Source of the DNA: Callorhinchus milii
Taxonomy: Eukaryota
Assembly: GCF_018977255.1 (NCBI RefSeq)
Contig: NW_024704742.1
Location: 129,892,001 to 129,956,000 of the forward strand
Direction: 5' to 3'
DNA: 64,000 nt
Shown here: one piece after another, positions 1-13,300 of the stretch
Position numbering within the stretch: the first letter of the stretch is position 1
How the letters are laid out: the number at the start of each line of letters is the position of its first letter
Position numbers and translations under genes: made by a program
The notes under the pieces: generated by a model
What the model saw: only the letters and a program-made list of their open reading frames with translations
The model's database searches: none
Told to the model about the DNA's origin: nothing

Positions 1-804
1 TCAGTCTGTTGCAGCAACGGGTCCCAGATATTATTTTCTATTTTAAATGTTAGGATGCTCAGCATCGGCCGCCGTAAGAGACAGGACCTTCTGTTACTTT
101 AACAATTTTATCTGATGTTGCCTAATGAATTTACAGTCTCAGAAGCCTGACATCGCTTAATACCAGTAAAAGTCACCCTGGGATCAGCAATGTACAAACT
201 AAATCACTAGCAGCTGCAACCATCTGCCAGGCCCTGTGATGTGGTGTGTGCCTGCCTCCACCCCACCATTGTATGTGATGGGACAATTGGATAATTGGTC
301 CAACTCCCTTTTCCAGAAAGTTTATTAATCCAATGGTATATGGTAAAATGTAATTTAATTATCTTTAATTAAATTACTCAGTATGGAAATAACTAAATTC
401 CCCATGTAGATTAACTTGCGGAATATAAGAAGTGTGTCCAAGTTCTACATGAATCTGAGATCCTGGGCATGCATGTGAGCTGGATTTTGTGGTTAGGACA
501 AAAGAATGGTCATTCACTGGGTTCTTGTCTCATCGCTATAATTTGATTAAGAAACAGGAGCATAAAATAGCAGAATCAGAAAAGCATCAAGTAAATCCGG
601 AACAACACTTTCTGAGAGCAGGAGAAGAAGACACAAGTTAAGGATTGTGAAGAACAGAAACCAAGACATATTTATTTACACAAAACTTAATCAACAGAAG
701 GAGTGGCTTAACTGGAAGGATGGCTGAGACTAGGATACATGTCGCATTTTAATAAGATGTTGAAATGGAAAATTGGTAAGGTTAGGATTTGGGAAAAAAG
801 AGAT

Positions 805-1785
805 CAACAACAACAAACAACAACAAATTACATTTTTATAGCACCTTTCATGTCAGGAGGATGTCCCAAGGTACTGAACAGTCAAGGATTTGCACCCAAG
901 CTGGGGTTTGGGATCAGGAAGGGTGGAGGGTAGGGAGGGTACAAGGGTGACCGAAAACATGGTAAAAGAGGAAGCTCTTGAGACAGGTCTTGAAGGAGGG
1001 AAGGGACAAGTTGACGGGTTTGTGGGATGGAGTTCCAAAGGAAGGGGACAAAGAAAATGAAGACCTGACCACCGATGGTGGGACTGGTCGGGCAGGGGAC
1101 ATGGAACAGCCAGAGTCCACTGAGCGGAGTGAGTGGACAGGTTGATATGGAGTTAGCAGGTCACAGAGGTAGGAAGGGGCAAAGCTGTGGAAGGCTTTGA
1201 AAGCAAGATTAAACTCTGTCCTCGGCGGGATGGGGAGCCAGTGGAGCCGGATTAGGATTGGGTGATCAATAGACCAAAGAATCAAGATCTTCCAAACCTC
1301 TTGTGATCTTGTAATATCTTGCACTAAAGGGGAGAAATTCCACCTGGGTCTCCAGATGTACTTCATGTAACATTTCAAAGCATTCAGATCTTGCCAAATT
1401 CTTAATTACAACCTTAGTTTTGAAACCAGTTTTCTGTAAGATCTTTCAAGAACTATAAAAAAAAGCTTCAAAGTTAATACTGAAAATCAACAATTTGCCA
1501 AATTCTGGAGAGTGGGGGAGATGGGGTCATGGAGTTTGGTGTGGGAGAGGACATGGGCTACAGAGTTCTGGATTATCTGTAGCCTGTGGAGGGAGGACTT
1601 TGGAAGGCCGACAAGCAGGGCGTTTGCATAGTCGAGCCTGGAGGTTATGAAGGCATGAACAAGAGTTTCAGTGGCCTGAAGGGTGAGGTAGTGGCGGAGT
1701 CGGGTGATGTTACGGAGGTGAGTGAAGGCAGAGCAGGTCATGGCTTGAATGTGGGGGAGAAAAGACAGTTGAGGGTTGAACATGC
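805..1785 (-). mobile_element. L2-clade LINE 3' fragments (two pieces, ~805-1265 and ~1490-1785) with a (GTT)n tail
   Basis: ORF remnants LHWLPI, ETLVHAFITSRLDYANALL typical of L2 ORF2 C-terminus; (CAA)n at 805-826. Confidence 0.85.
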
Positions 1786-2035
1786 GAGAGGGACTATATA
1801 AATATAAATTTGTATTCTATTGCATCGATAGAGAGGAATCAACCCAGCTTTGGTTGTGTGAAATGAAAGGGAACAGGGAATTAATTCTGTATCATTTAAA
1901 AAAATGAAAAAGTGGGATTTAAGCAGTTCTTGACGTACTGTATTAACAGAAGAACATGAAAGGTGCAGTCAGTTTACCAATTAACGGCTTATAGCTGGAA
2001 TTGACAAGGTTTTGCTTGCAGCAATAAAGCACAAC

Positions 2036-2440
2036 AGCTGGTAGCATTCTTGCCTCTGGGTCAGAAGGTTATGAGTCTGAGCCACTCGTCAGGACCTGAA
2101 CTCATAGTCTAAGATAACATTCCAATGGGATTGAACTGCATTGTCAGAGGTGCCTTCCTTTGAATGAGATGTTAAACTGAGGTCCCGTCTACATGTTCAG
2201 GTGGACGTTATGGATCCCATGGCACAATTCGAAAAGAGAACGTAGTTTCTCGCAGTGTCCTGGCCAACAATCAAATAATATTGGTCATTCACTTCATGCT
2301 TGTTTGTGGGACATTGCTTTGTGCAAATTAGTTGCCCCAGTCACTGTAAAGTGCTTCACAGTGTATCCTGTGAAGCACTTTGAGACATCCTCATGACATG
2401 AAACGCACTACACTAAATGTTAGGATTATTACTATTATAG
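2036..2440 (+). mobile_element. DeuSINE-like SINE
   Basis: Central GGTGCC..GATGAGATGTTAAAC.GAGG..CAGGTGGACG..GATCCCATGGCAC core, L2-like tail ending in (ATT)n. Confidence 0.75.
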
Positions 2441-2708
2441 CACTGGGGTGATGTGGAGAGTGATTTATGTTTCCTGCTTCTCATCACTTTGCTTCGGGGC
2501 TGTTACAAAACCAACATCCACTTTCGCTCTGAAGTTGAAGCCAGCTACACCCTTCTAAAAGTTAGCAGTAATAATTCAATTCACATTCAAGTTTGGCTTT
2601 AAGAGTTTCACAGCTCAGTGTGCATGACACCGGATCTGAAATTTCAGTCCTAATCCCAGCGTCTATCATGTGTTTTCCTAGCTCATCAAAGAATGCAGTG
2701 TTTACATC

Positions 2709-3430
2709 AATAATAATAATTCTTACATTTGATAAAGCGCCTGACACAAAGTCTCAAAATGCTTCACAGGATACAGTGTAGCAGTGATTGTGTATTTTGT
2801 TCTGAACATAGCAACCCATTTTCACCCAGAAATGTCCCACAAAACAGCCATGACATGAATGACCAATTTTATCTGGAGGATTGTTGGCCAGGACACTGGA
2901 AGAAACTCCCTTCTCTTTTCAAATAGCGGTGTGGGATCTTAATCGTCCACCTGAACAGACAGATAATAATATTAATAATTTGATGTAGCGCTGTTCACGT
3001 TTTCTAGATGTCTCAAAGCGCTTCACAGAATATACTGTAAAGTGAATTGACTGTATATTTGTGGGCGAAGCGCGGCAGCCAATTGTGCACAACAGTGTCC
3101 CACAGACAGTCGTGGATTGAAATGACCAATTTATTATTGGTTTTTTTTTCTTGAGGGATTATTATCAGGTGTGTGGAGTAAAGAAACTTGCCCAAGGTTT
3201 CACCCTACCAGGAATCAAACCCAGGTCTCTTGTTTGTGAGTCGAGTGCTCTAACCACTGAGCTATGGGACTCCACTTGATTTAGGATGTCAACTCCCAAC
3301 AAACTATCACACCCCCAGCACTGCACTGCAATGTCAGCCTAGACTATGAGTTCCAAGTCCACAAGTGCGGCTTGAACCCATTACCTTCTGACTCAGAGGC
3401 GAAAGTGAGATCAACTGAACCAATTTGACA
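2709..3430 (-). mobile_element. DeuSINE-like SINE split by a younger tRNA-SINE (2964-3273)
   Basis: Host 3' part at 2709-2963 and 5' part at 3275-3430 flank a complete GGAGTCC..TAGCTCAGTGG-headed SINE. Confidence 0.75.
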
Positions 3431-4519
3431 CGTACATGTGAACATCTCACCTGGGACTGGATATTAGATGCATGCTCTGCCACAAAATTGTCATTATGTA
3501 CACAAAAGCAGTTAAAATAAATGTGCTCAGTCATTCACCTTCCATTTTTTAATCAAAAGTGTTTTACTTTCTTCTTTGAGGTTGAGAAGAAACATCATAG
3601 CTATTTAAAGCAATGCACTCTCTCTTCAGGAAACCATAATCTGTTGGTTGCAGAGACCTATGATTCTGTAACAAAGGCTGTATTGAGTGAATTGTGCAGC
3701 TCATCTCTAACTAAACATTCCTTCCTGCCTCGATGTACAATAGTTTGACAACAGGAACAAATGTCTTCTTTATCAAAGTGAAATGTACTTGCCTACAAAT
3801 ACACAGTCGCTACACTTGGGTGGAATTACCTGTGAAACAGTTTGAGATGTTTTGACATTTTCGGCACTGGATCAAACAGCAGGGACTATTTTGCTTTTAT
3901 ATTATATTTATAGAGATACAATGAGGAGCTGAGCAGCTTTATTTTGACATGTGCTTCGCATTTTAACCTTGATGATGTCCTACACTGTAGAGACAGAGAA
4001 ATGGGAGAGGGTCATTCGTGCCATCGAGCCTCTGTTGACTAGGACCTTCATCTAGATTATCAATAAAAAAATAATTCAAGTTGCTGAGATTCTCCTGCTA
4101 CGCCATGACACAATGATACAGTAACATCACACTTCACACTTCATTTCACCTTGTGAGGTTGTTCACTGGTATTTCTTTGTAGGAATGGTGAGGCTCTTAT
4201 CTAAAAATGGATAGTTTTTTTTCAATAACATTAATCACATTTGCCAAATGAGACATTTACGTAATAATTTATTTTTAAAATTGTAGAGCATTTTGGTATT
4301 TTTTTTCCAAAGCAACCTCGATAAGATCAGTTTCCATTTGATCTTCCATTGTCCTAATTCATTTTTAATAAAGTCAATTTCCTCTATGATGTCCAATTTA
4401 GAAGCATGTTCAATTTAATGAAATTGTGGAAGATGTTCTATAGGGTCTGTTTAGAAACAGGGAGGCCTGCATCTTAGCAGAGGTTCACCAGCAACACTGA
4501 GTGCCATTTCAGTCATTTA

Positions 4520-4886
4520 ATGCACATCATTGGGTATAAAGAGGAGCACTTGCCTCGCAACCAAGAGAACCCAGGTTCAATTCCCGGCAGGATGAAACAC
4601 TTGGCAAGTTTCCTTACTTCACATGCCCCTCTTTACCTAGCAGTAAGTAGGAACACAGTTGTTAGTCGATTGGGGATCGCTTTCCGGGGGTAATAATCCC
4701 TTTTAAAAAAATGTGGTCACTCAATCCATGACTCTTTGTAGGATACTACTGAGTGCAATTGGCTGCCATGTTTTGCCCATAAAATATACACTGAATTCAC
4801 TTTACAATATATTCTCTGAAACACTTTGAGGTATCTAAACACTGTGAAAAGGCGCTATATCAAATGCAAGTATTATTGTTATTGTT
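4520..4886 (+). mobile_element. tRNA-derived SINE, long subfamily
   Basis: B-box GGTTCAATTCCC, internal TTTACCTAGCAGTAAGTAGGAAC segment, tail GGCGCTATATCAAATGCAAG(T/ATT)n. Confidence 0.8.
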
Positions 4887-5486
4887 ACTTAAGAGCAAGT
4901 TTTACACACTGCCTTATCTATTCACCGTTATCAAATTGGTCTGAAATGGGGGATCGAGTTAAATCTTGACGTCCTGAAAATTGACTGATTTAATATTAAT
5001 AACCGGGTTCAAAAGTGTATTAAACTTGTTTTAAACAAGTGCGCTGTGAATGTGGACTTAACATTGTGAAGTGTGTCTGCCTTATATAACTGGTTCTATA
5101 TATTTTTTTGCTCCTCAGTTTCCTCTTCAAATACAGTTAAACATTGACCAATGTCAGGTCACTAAACCTAAAAAGATCGCTGGGTTTGAACAGACCTGAG
5201 GTTAGGCCAGACCACAGCAGGGCCTTTAACCAGTCATTGAAAAAATACTGGTTTGTATATCTTATTTGACTATCTATATTTTATTTTCCTGACCTGTTTT
5301 GTCACACTGAACATGTTGGAAAGTCTGAAGAACATTAAATAAGATTCTATTCCTTTGGTAAACCAACAACACTAATTTATTGTTAAACATCGAATGGTAA
5401 AATATTTGATATCATTATTGATTTCCCAAATGTACTTTTGACCTGTACTATAAAGCCCAATGATAGAATGTATCATGACAGGATGT

Positions 5487-6024
5487 GTCAGCCTGGCGCA
5501 GTAGCTCTGTGAGTCAGAAGGTTGTGGGTTCAAGTCCCACATCGTGACTTTGAAACACATAGTCTAAGCTGACACTTCAATTCAGCGCTGGGGGATGTGT
5601 TGCATTGTCGGTAGTGCCATCCTTTGGATGAGTCGTTAGCTCAATTGGCAGCACTTTCGCCTCTGAGTCTGAATGGTCGTGAGTTCAAGACCCATGACAG
5701 GACTTTGAACTCAATGTGCAGGTTGACACTCTGGACTGGGGGAACCCTACAATTGTTGGAGGTGTTGTCTTTTTGTTGAGACATTAAATTGAGATCCCAT
5801 CTGCCTGTTCAGATGGACATTAAAGGTCTAATGCCACTATTCAAAAAGAGAAGGGAGTCTCTCCTGGTATCCTAGCCATCAATTTCCCAGATAAAATGGA
5901 TCATTTCACTTCATGGCTGCTTGAATTGGCTGCAGCGCTCGCCTTCAAAATGCACAGTGAAGTGATTTGAGCTGTCCTCCCAAAATGAAAGACACTACAT
6001 CTCATGCAAGGATTATTATTATTA
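5487..6024 (+). mobile_element. Two tandem or nested DeuSINE-like copies
   Basis: Two tRNA-like heads (~5487 and ~5634), each followed by the Deu-like core; a single (ATT)n tail. Confidence 0.7.
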
Positions 6025-7340
6025 TATAAATACACACGTAAATCTGTATGGAAAAGGTGACTCAAGGGAGAAGGGCTTTGAGTTGAAGGTACTTGGTGGG
6101 TTTAAATGTCAAGCACGGAGCCAAAAATGGTGTAAACTCGACAGCTGAACCAGATACCACAAACTGCTGTAACATAAGCTGTCAGATCAGTCCGCTCGAT
6201 CTACAGATCAGACGGCATTGACACACATGTTTTGAATTTAAATTACAGAGCCATGGCTTGGCACACTGCCGCATATTGGTTAAGATGATTGTAACTCAAG
6301 TCATCTTTACTTAAGCTGGGGATTTAAACTCTCCTGTTACACTGCAGTGAAGGGTAGCCAATACATTCACACATACACAGATGCCAATGTAGCAACATGA
6401 GAGTTCCTTATTGGCACCATCTGTAATGTAAAACCTGAGGAACATTGACGAGGGTCTTCTGATTGCCTCTGTCAGTCCACTTACATTCATATGATCCCAG
6501 AGAACCGACTGTCCAAATGTTTAGGGTAGTTTTCGTGTAGCCAGGCTCTCTCAATAGCCTATTGAGTAAAAGGATTTGACTTTAGCTCACGGACAGCTGA
6601 TGTGGAACTCTCAAGCTTGGCAGCCAGGTTCTGGAATGATCCTAAAGGAGAACAGAAGCGCTTGTACAGGCCAGCCAATCTGAAATACCAGCTAGTGGTT
6701 CTGAGGTTCCTTTGCAAGGTCAATGAATTATTTATTGCTTCCAACTTAGATTAATCATAAAATCACACAACAGGTTTAGACGAAGGGCCTTTAGCTCACT
6801 TGATCTCCAACACCATCCTTACCATCTTTCCATCAATTGTATTGGAGTTGAGGTACAGATCAGCCATGATCTAATAGAATGGCGGAACAGCCTCGAGAGG
6901 CTGAATGGCCTACTTCTATGTTTCCATCACAGCATCAAGCTTTTGAAATGAGGGTCCTGGCCTTGATTATGCTTGTTGGTAACCTGTCCCAGCTGTTGAT
7001 TAACTTCTGAGGTAAATAAATATTTCCTGGTTTCTGCCCAAAAATTGCTCTTCACAACCCTGAACCAATGTCATGGTGTCTGTGGCTTGGTATCCCTAAA
7101 ATATTGCTCTAGGTTTGCTTTGCCTATCCCATATACAAAGCTGAAGTGCATTTCTTGCTATTACTCAAAATTCATCCCTATTGATCCATAGTGACCAACT
7201 GAATGAATGCAGTACCCATCCATCATCAGAACTTGCTCCATAAACATATAATAGAATTTAATAATATCAAAAATTGTAAGTCAGAAAATGTAATTAATTT
7301 TGCCTAATAGCTAGGACCATTGGCACCAGTGAGTTAATAT

Positions 7341-7650
7341 ACAATAACAATAATCCTTTGGTATTCGGTATAGCATCTTTCACATCAGGAAAACGTCCCA
7401 AAGCACTTCACAGGATTTCACAACAATGTCTCACAAGCAGCCAGGAGGTGAACAGTCAGTTTATCTGGGAGGTCAATTGCAGGATCTGTGAGAAACTCCC
7501 TTCTCTTTTGAATTAGTACAATGGATTCTTGCAGTATTCACTTCAACAGGTAGATGGGATTTTGGATTAATGTCTCATCTAAAGAATGGCATTTCTTTCA
7601 AGCTCCCCTGGCACTGCACTGGAGTGTCAGTGTGAATTTATGCTTCATTG
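7341..7650 (-). mobile_element. Degenerate DeuSINE-like SINE
   Basis: Reverse-complement similarity to the copies at 2036 and 5634. Confidence 0.65.
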
Positions 7651-8063
7651 TTCACGTACTTTTCCCTTAAACTAAAGAATTCCTTAACTGTATCAGAAGT
7701 CAGTGACTTTGGAAATGACTCCATCCAGGCATTCCTCAGTGTACAATCATCAATTAATCCATATTATTGAGTCTTAATACTGAACATTTTCAAATTGAGT
7801 TACGTGGATTCAGAGAGGGACTGAGGGAACAATTTAGTTTTTTTACTAATTGAGTGAACTAGGCTCAAGCAGTGAAAGTCAATTTCTGAGCCCGAGGAGA
7901 AGTAAGTGCGGATTTTGCCCCTTTTCGACAGATCAAAAAAGAATGTGAAAAATGATTTACATTGAAAAGTATTTTTTTCACAAAATGGCAGCCAATTGAG
8001 TTCCAAAAACTTCAGTGAGGAGACACCACATTGTGGGACCGATGCTGCTACCTTGTGACCAGT

Positions 8064-8450
8064 TATAATAATAATAATCCTTGCATTTGATATAGTGCCT
8101 TATCACGTCTTCGAGACGTCTCAAAGCACTTCACAGAATATACTGTAAAGTGAATTAACTGTATATTTTGTGGGCGAAACAAGGCAGCCAATTGCACAAA
8201 GCAGTGTCCCATAAACAGTCGTGGATTGAAGTGACCAATTTATTATTATTATTTTCTTTTTGAAGGAATTATCATCCCTGGAAAAGCAATCCGCCAATCA
8301 ACTTATAACCGTGTTCCTACTTACTGCTAGGTAAACAGAGAGAGGCGTGTGGAGTAAGAGAACTTGCCTAACGTTTCGCCCTGCCGGGAACTAAACCCAG
8401 GTCTCTCGCTTGCGAGTCGAGTGCTCTAACCACTGAGCTACAGGACTCCA
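8064..8450 (-). mobile_element. tRNA-derived SINE, long subfamily, near full length
   Basis: Head GGAGTCCTGTAGCTCAGTGGTTAGAGCACTCG and (ATT)n tail. Confidence 0.85.
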
Positions 8451-9449
8451 CTTGGTGGTTAACATTAAATATCACAAATTCCATTCCAATTTTTTTCTGG
8501 GATAGCTTAATGCTGACAATAGTTTTAGAATGCTGCAAACTTTCTCCCACAGAAGTAGGCATAACCCCACATCCCCCACCACGCAGAGTCAGCGAGTCGA
8601 TCCCGCAGATGCATAATTTCTAATTGTGGCCATAAATATTATTTGGCCCTCAGACAAGCTTTCTGAATACATAACAAAATCTTTGAGTGTTAAAATGCGC
8701 ACAATTCCCACGCTGCCTTCACAGGAGTTGCTTTTTAATAATAATAGTAACAATGGTCAATCCTTCGATAATCTAGTAAGGTTGTTCCTCGGCTTTTAAA
8801 ACACAAAACAAAAACAAACAAAAACAGAAGAGAATTCAAGTTTTAGGATTGACCTCATCTTTGGTGGGTATTTAGGTGGCTTTGTAGACCAATCCATATG
8901 GAAGTATCTTTCTGTCTGATTGTTGCAGCGCTTACGACAAAATACATTTGCACAAAAGATTTCTGTGCCAGTGTGAAGTAATAGCATGTAGATGAACTGA
9001 GACTCATTCAGAGACAAAACGCTCGAATCTAAATAGAATTCTACAATACCTTTTGTACATAAAATGTAGCGAGCGACATTTCTACTGGGTTCTCGTGAAG
9101 TCATGCCAGCTTTGGGATTCATCGCAGTGCCCACACATACAAAGCAGCATTGTTAGTAAACACAGCTGGGCATGTCTTTCGTCAACCAACCACTTCTTCC
9201 TGAATTACCTTCTTCTCACTGCAGCTCCCAACATCTGAATGAGTATTTTGCATCTGTCTTCATAAAAGAATAGGATGCAACCAATACCACAGTATTAGAG
9301 GAGAGGGTAGAGAAATTGGATAAGATAAAATTAATTGAGAGGAGGTACTAAAAAGGTTGATGGTGCTCAAGGTAAATAAGTCACCCAGTCCGCATCGCAA
9401 GGAGGCCTCAAAGGATAAACTCCCAAAATGTAGTGGCTGTGTAATTTGC

Positions 9450-9760
9450 AGGGGAGGGGTTGGTGCATGAGGGGGACGGGATATTGTATGAGGGGGAGGG
9501 GTTATTGTATGAGGGGGAGGGGATGGTGCATGAGAGAGTGGGGTTACTGTGTGGGGGAAAGGGTTACTGTGTAAGGGGGTTGAGGTAGTGTATGGTGGAG
9601 TTAGTGCATGAGGGGGAGGGGTTAGTGTATGAAGGAGCAGGATTAGTATATGATGGAGAGGGGTTAGTGTATGAAGGGCCAGGGTTAGTGTAGGAAGGGG
9701 AGGGGTTAGTGTATGAGAGAAGGAGGCAGTGTACGAGAGGCAGATGTTGGTGTATGAGGA
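9450..9760 (+). repeat. G-rich minisatellite, ~20-21 nt unit (GGGGGAGGGGTTAGTGTATGA-like)
   Basis: About 15 degenerate tandem units visible. Confidence 0.85.
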
Positions 9761-9774
9761 ACTCTCACACCATC

Positions 9775-10365
9775 AACAACAACAAGATTCCATTTGTATA
9801 GCGCCTTTCACGTCGGGAGGACGTCCCAAGGCGCTGGACAGAGTACAGCATTTCAGACCCGAGCTGGGGTCAGGGAGTGAGAAGGGTGGGGAGGGGAAGG
9901 GGGGGCCAATGGCATGGTCGAAGAGGAGGGTCTTGAGGCGGGACTTGAAGGAGGATAAGGAGGGGGCGAGGTGGAGTGACTGGGGGATGGAATTCCAGAG
10001 TGTGTGGTGGAGTCTCCGTAACTCGTTGTTGAAAAAATGCGATGCCATTAAAGGAATAATAACGACAATATTACTCGCATTTGATACAGCACCTTATCAT
10101 GTCATTTAGACGTGTCAAAGCTCTTCACAGGATATACTGTAAAGTGTATTGACTGTGTATTTTGTGGGCTTAACGCGACAGCCAATTGCACACAGCAGTG
10201 TCCCACAAACAGTTGTGGATTAAGTAACTAATTTTTTGGGGGGCGAAGGGATTATTAGCCCAGGAAAACAATCTGCCAATTGACTAATCACCAGGTTCCT
10301 ACTTACTGCTAGGTAAGCAGAGGCGTGTTGAGTACGGAAACTTGCCTAAGGTATTGCCCCACCCG
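9775..10365 (-). mobile_element. L2 3' tail (9775-10005) adjacent to a tRNA-SINE (10055-10365)
   Basis: (CAA)n tail with WNSIPQSL..SLSSFKSRLKTLLF remnant, then SINE body. Confidence 0.8.
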
Positions 10366-13300
10366 GAAAAAAGAACTTATCATCAAATCATTATTGTAAT
10401 TGTTAGTGAAGTGGGGAAATAAGTAATCAACAACAACTTGCATTTATATAGTGCCCTTCACGAGGGGTAGCATCCAGGAACGCCTGATAGTGGCGGAGTC
10501 TAACAAGGAGCCTGGGGGAGAGTTTGACTTTCTGGGACCATTTTTTGATACTTTTTTACAGCAAGTTCCCCTGCCCTGCTCACGGAATTTTTTTTACTTT
10601 TACCAGAAATAAAGGCTGAATGTGAGACATGACATAGGGAAGCCTTGGACCTGCCATAGCAACAACAGCAGTTTAGTGCTGAAGGCTCCCCATTGTTCCA
10701 GGCTGCTGGCTGGGAAATCGCTAACACCATGCATCTCCCCATTGTGGACTGGCACGGCTTGGCCAAACACAGGCTGGCATTGTGAGCAGCGCACATCCAC
10801 TTGAGTCAATCGCGGACTGCTGTGAACTATCATCGGGCAGTGCGTTTTCTCACAGGCTGATTCGACTGTGAAATCCAAATTTCAATCTCATCTCCTGAAA
10901 TACACAGGGGACTGGGTGTGAAATTGTGCAATGCTTAATAATGCATTACAAAATACCACACATGTCAGCCTCAGAAGGCGTCCCGGAGACTTGCAGGCTG
11001 GAATTGCAAATAGCAGCATCTCTGTTCTTCTGAGGACCTTGATGTCAACCCAGTGGGAGACAAGAAACCAACGATGCCTGGCGAAGACTGGGGTGATGGG
11101 CGTGGGGAGTTTTGGTATGGATGCGGGCAGCTGAATTTTGGACATGCTGGAGTTTAGGGATGGTGAAACGAGGGAGACCATCGAGAAGGGCATTTCAAAA
11201 GACTAGGCAGGAGGTAACAAAGATGAAAATAAGGGTTTCGGTGGCATTTGGTATGAAATAGGAGTCAAAACAGGTGATGTGGCAGAGGTAAAGAAAAGCA
11301 GTCTTGGTCAGCGAGTGAGAAAGGAGAGGTTAGGTTCGAATTAAAGTTGTGCACTGGTTTAGAAGGTCTGAGCTGAAAAAGTGAGGAGACATTTGCTGGC
11401 ATTAAGTTTTCAGAAAACAATGATTCACACCTTACTAAAGAATCTCAGTTTTGTCTCGGGCTACTGTTGTAACAGCTGAAGATTACTAATAAAATGGGTT
11501 TTGCTTTAAACATATTTTGATTTTGTTTTTGTTAGCTGGATGTCTGACATCCATCACTATGCTTAATTAGCTGCCCCGTTTTTGCCCACAAATATACAGT
11601 AAATTCACTTTACAGTATATTCTGTGAAGCGCTTTGAGACGTCTCCAAGATGTGAAAAACGCTATATCAAATGCAAGGATTATTATTATTACACTTGGAA
11701 ATTCCAGAGATAAGATTGTTGGAATGGAATGCACACTCTCTCCCTGCAGGGATACCTCCTGCTTACCTAATGCTTACCTAATTCCGGAAGGTATTAGGCA
11801 CTAGTTGGCAAGAGCCAAGGTTTCGGGCCCCCAGTGTGTGCTGCTGAGGTCTAACCAGCTAAAACCTTACCATTGATATCACTGTCCGTCAAGCCTGCCC
11901 GCTGCTTGTCCAGCTAGGACCACTTGACCCATTAGGGCTTTGGCTTGGAGAATTAACAACAGCTGAGTGGGATGAGCCAAGTTAGCTGTATTGACATCAG
12001 CAGTGCACTGGAGTACTGTGGACCCACCTGGCTCAGGAACCGGACCACTGAGACTGCCACAGAGGGCTGGCTCAATTCCATTCTGTTGATAAACATGTCA
12101 TCTTGGAGTCGGCTTTTATGATTGAATGAAATCAAAAGTACATACTGAAATCAGGTTCTGTCCAGTACCTATTTGGTGCTGGCTGATTATAGCTAATTCA
12201 TAACAGCTAGGGACTAGCTTTTCAATAATTAATCAATATTCAACACAGAAACATTGCCCCCACAATTGGAAATGTGACAACCGCAACAAAATTACATTTA
12301 TACAGAGCCTTTCACATTAGAAAGACATCCCAAGGCGCTGGACAGTTAAGGGTTTGCACCCAAGCTGGGGGTTGGAATCAATAGGGGTGGATGGTGGGGG
12401 TGGGGTGGAAAATTGACCCTTAATTACTGACAAATACACATGTATATTATATGTATATGTATGTGTCGGAAACTTAGTCAATCAAAACGCTATTAAGTCA
12501 GGCGCATTTGATTGACAATATTCAAAGGTAAAACTTATTTAGCAAAAGAACAAAAACAATCATTGAACGGAGTCTGAATGTTTTTGGTATTTAGGATGAT
12601 ATTCCATTCCCTTGTACTGTGGAGTGACAGGATAAAGACATCCCAAGAGAGCTTGGCATCTGAACTGAGACATTGAGCTGAGCTGTAGGAAGGCACTTTC
12701 CTCATGGAGAGGGTCAGGAGGAAGGAGTGTAGGCTGCCTGTCAGTGTCAGAGTAACCATGTTAGAACAAGCAGAACCTTGCTAGACCATCATTTCAATCA
12801 AAGGACTCTATGGGAATGATTAGAAAAAATTGCTCAGGAAAGGAGCAGAAATCTGGGCTTAGACCCTAAGAATTAAATACAACTTTGCAGCACGGAAACA
12901 TGACTTTCAGCCCAACTGGTCCATACTGATGCTTATACTCCACATGAGCCTCCCCTTCCCCCCACCCACTCCCCGTTCTTCATGTTTAGGATTCCAGTGA
13001 AGCCGTTTCCCATTTCTAAAGTCTTTATCTTATTCATGTACATCATATACAAGTTTATACAATTATAAATACAGATTATATCATGTACATATAAATATTG
13101 ATAAATATATAATATATAAAAAATCAGATGAGCCATTAAACAGAGTCTGCCTGTCCAGGTGAACAATAACAATCCCACGGCACTATTCAAAAAGAAAAAT
13201 TGTCCTGGCTAACAATCGCCCAAATAAAACTGGTTGTTCTGTGTCTTTGTGGGACTTTGATTTGTGCAAATGGCTTCCATCCACAAAACACAGTCCCACT

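Noticed and set aside
9450..9760. CRISPR-like array or interstitial telomere
   Set aside because: Eukaryotic context, no unique spacers and no tandem TTAGGG.
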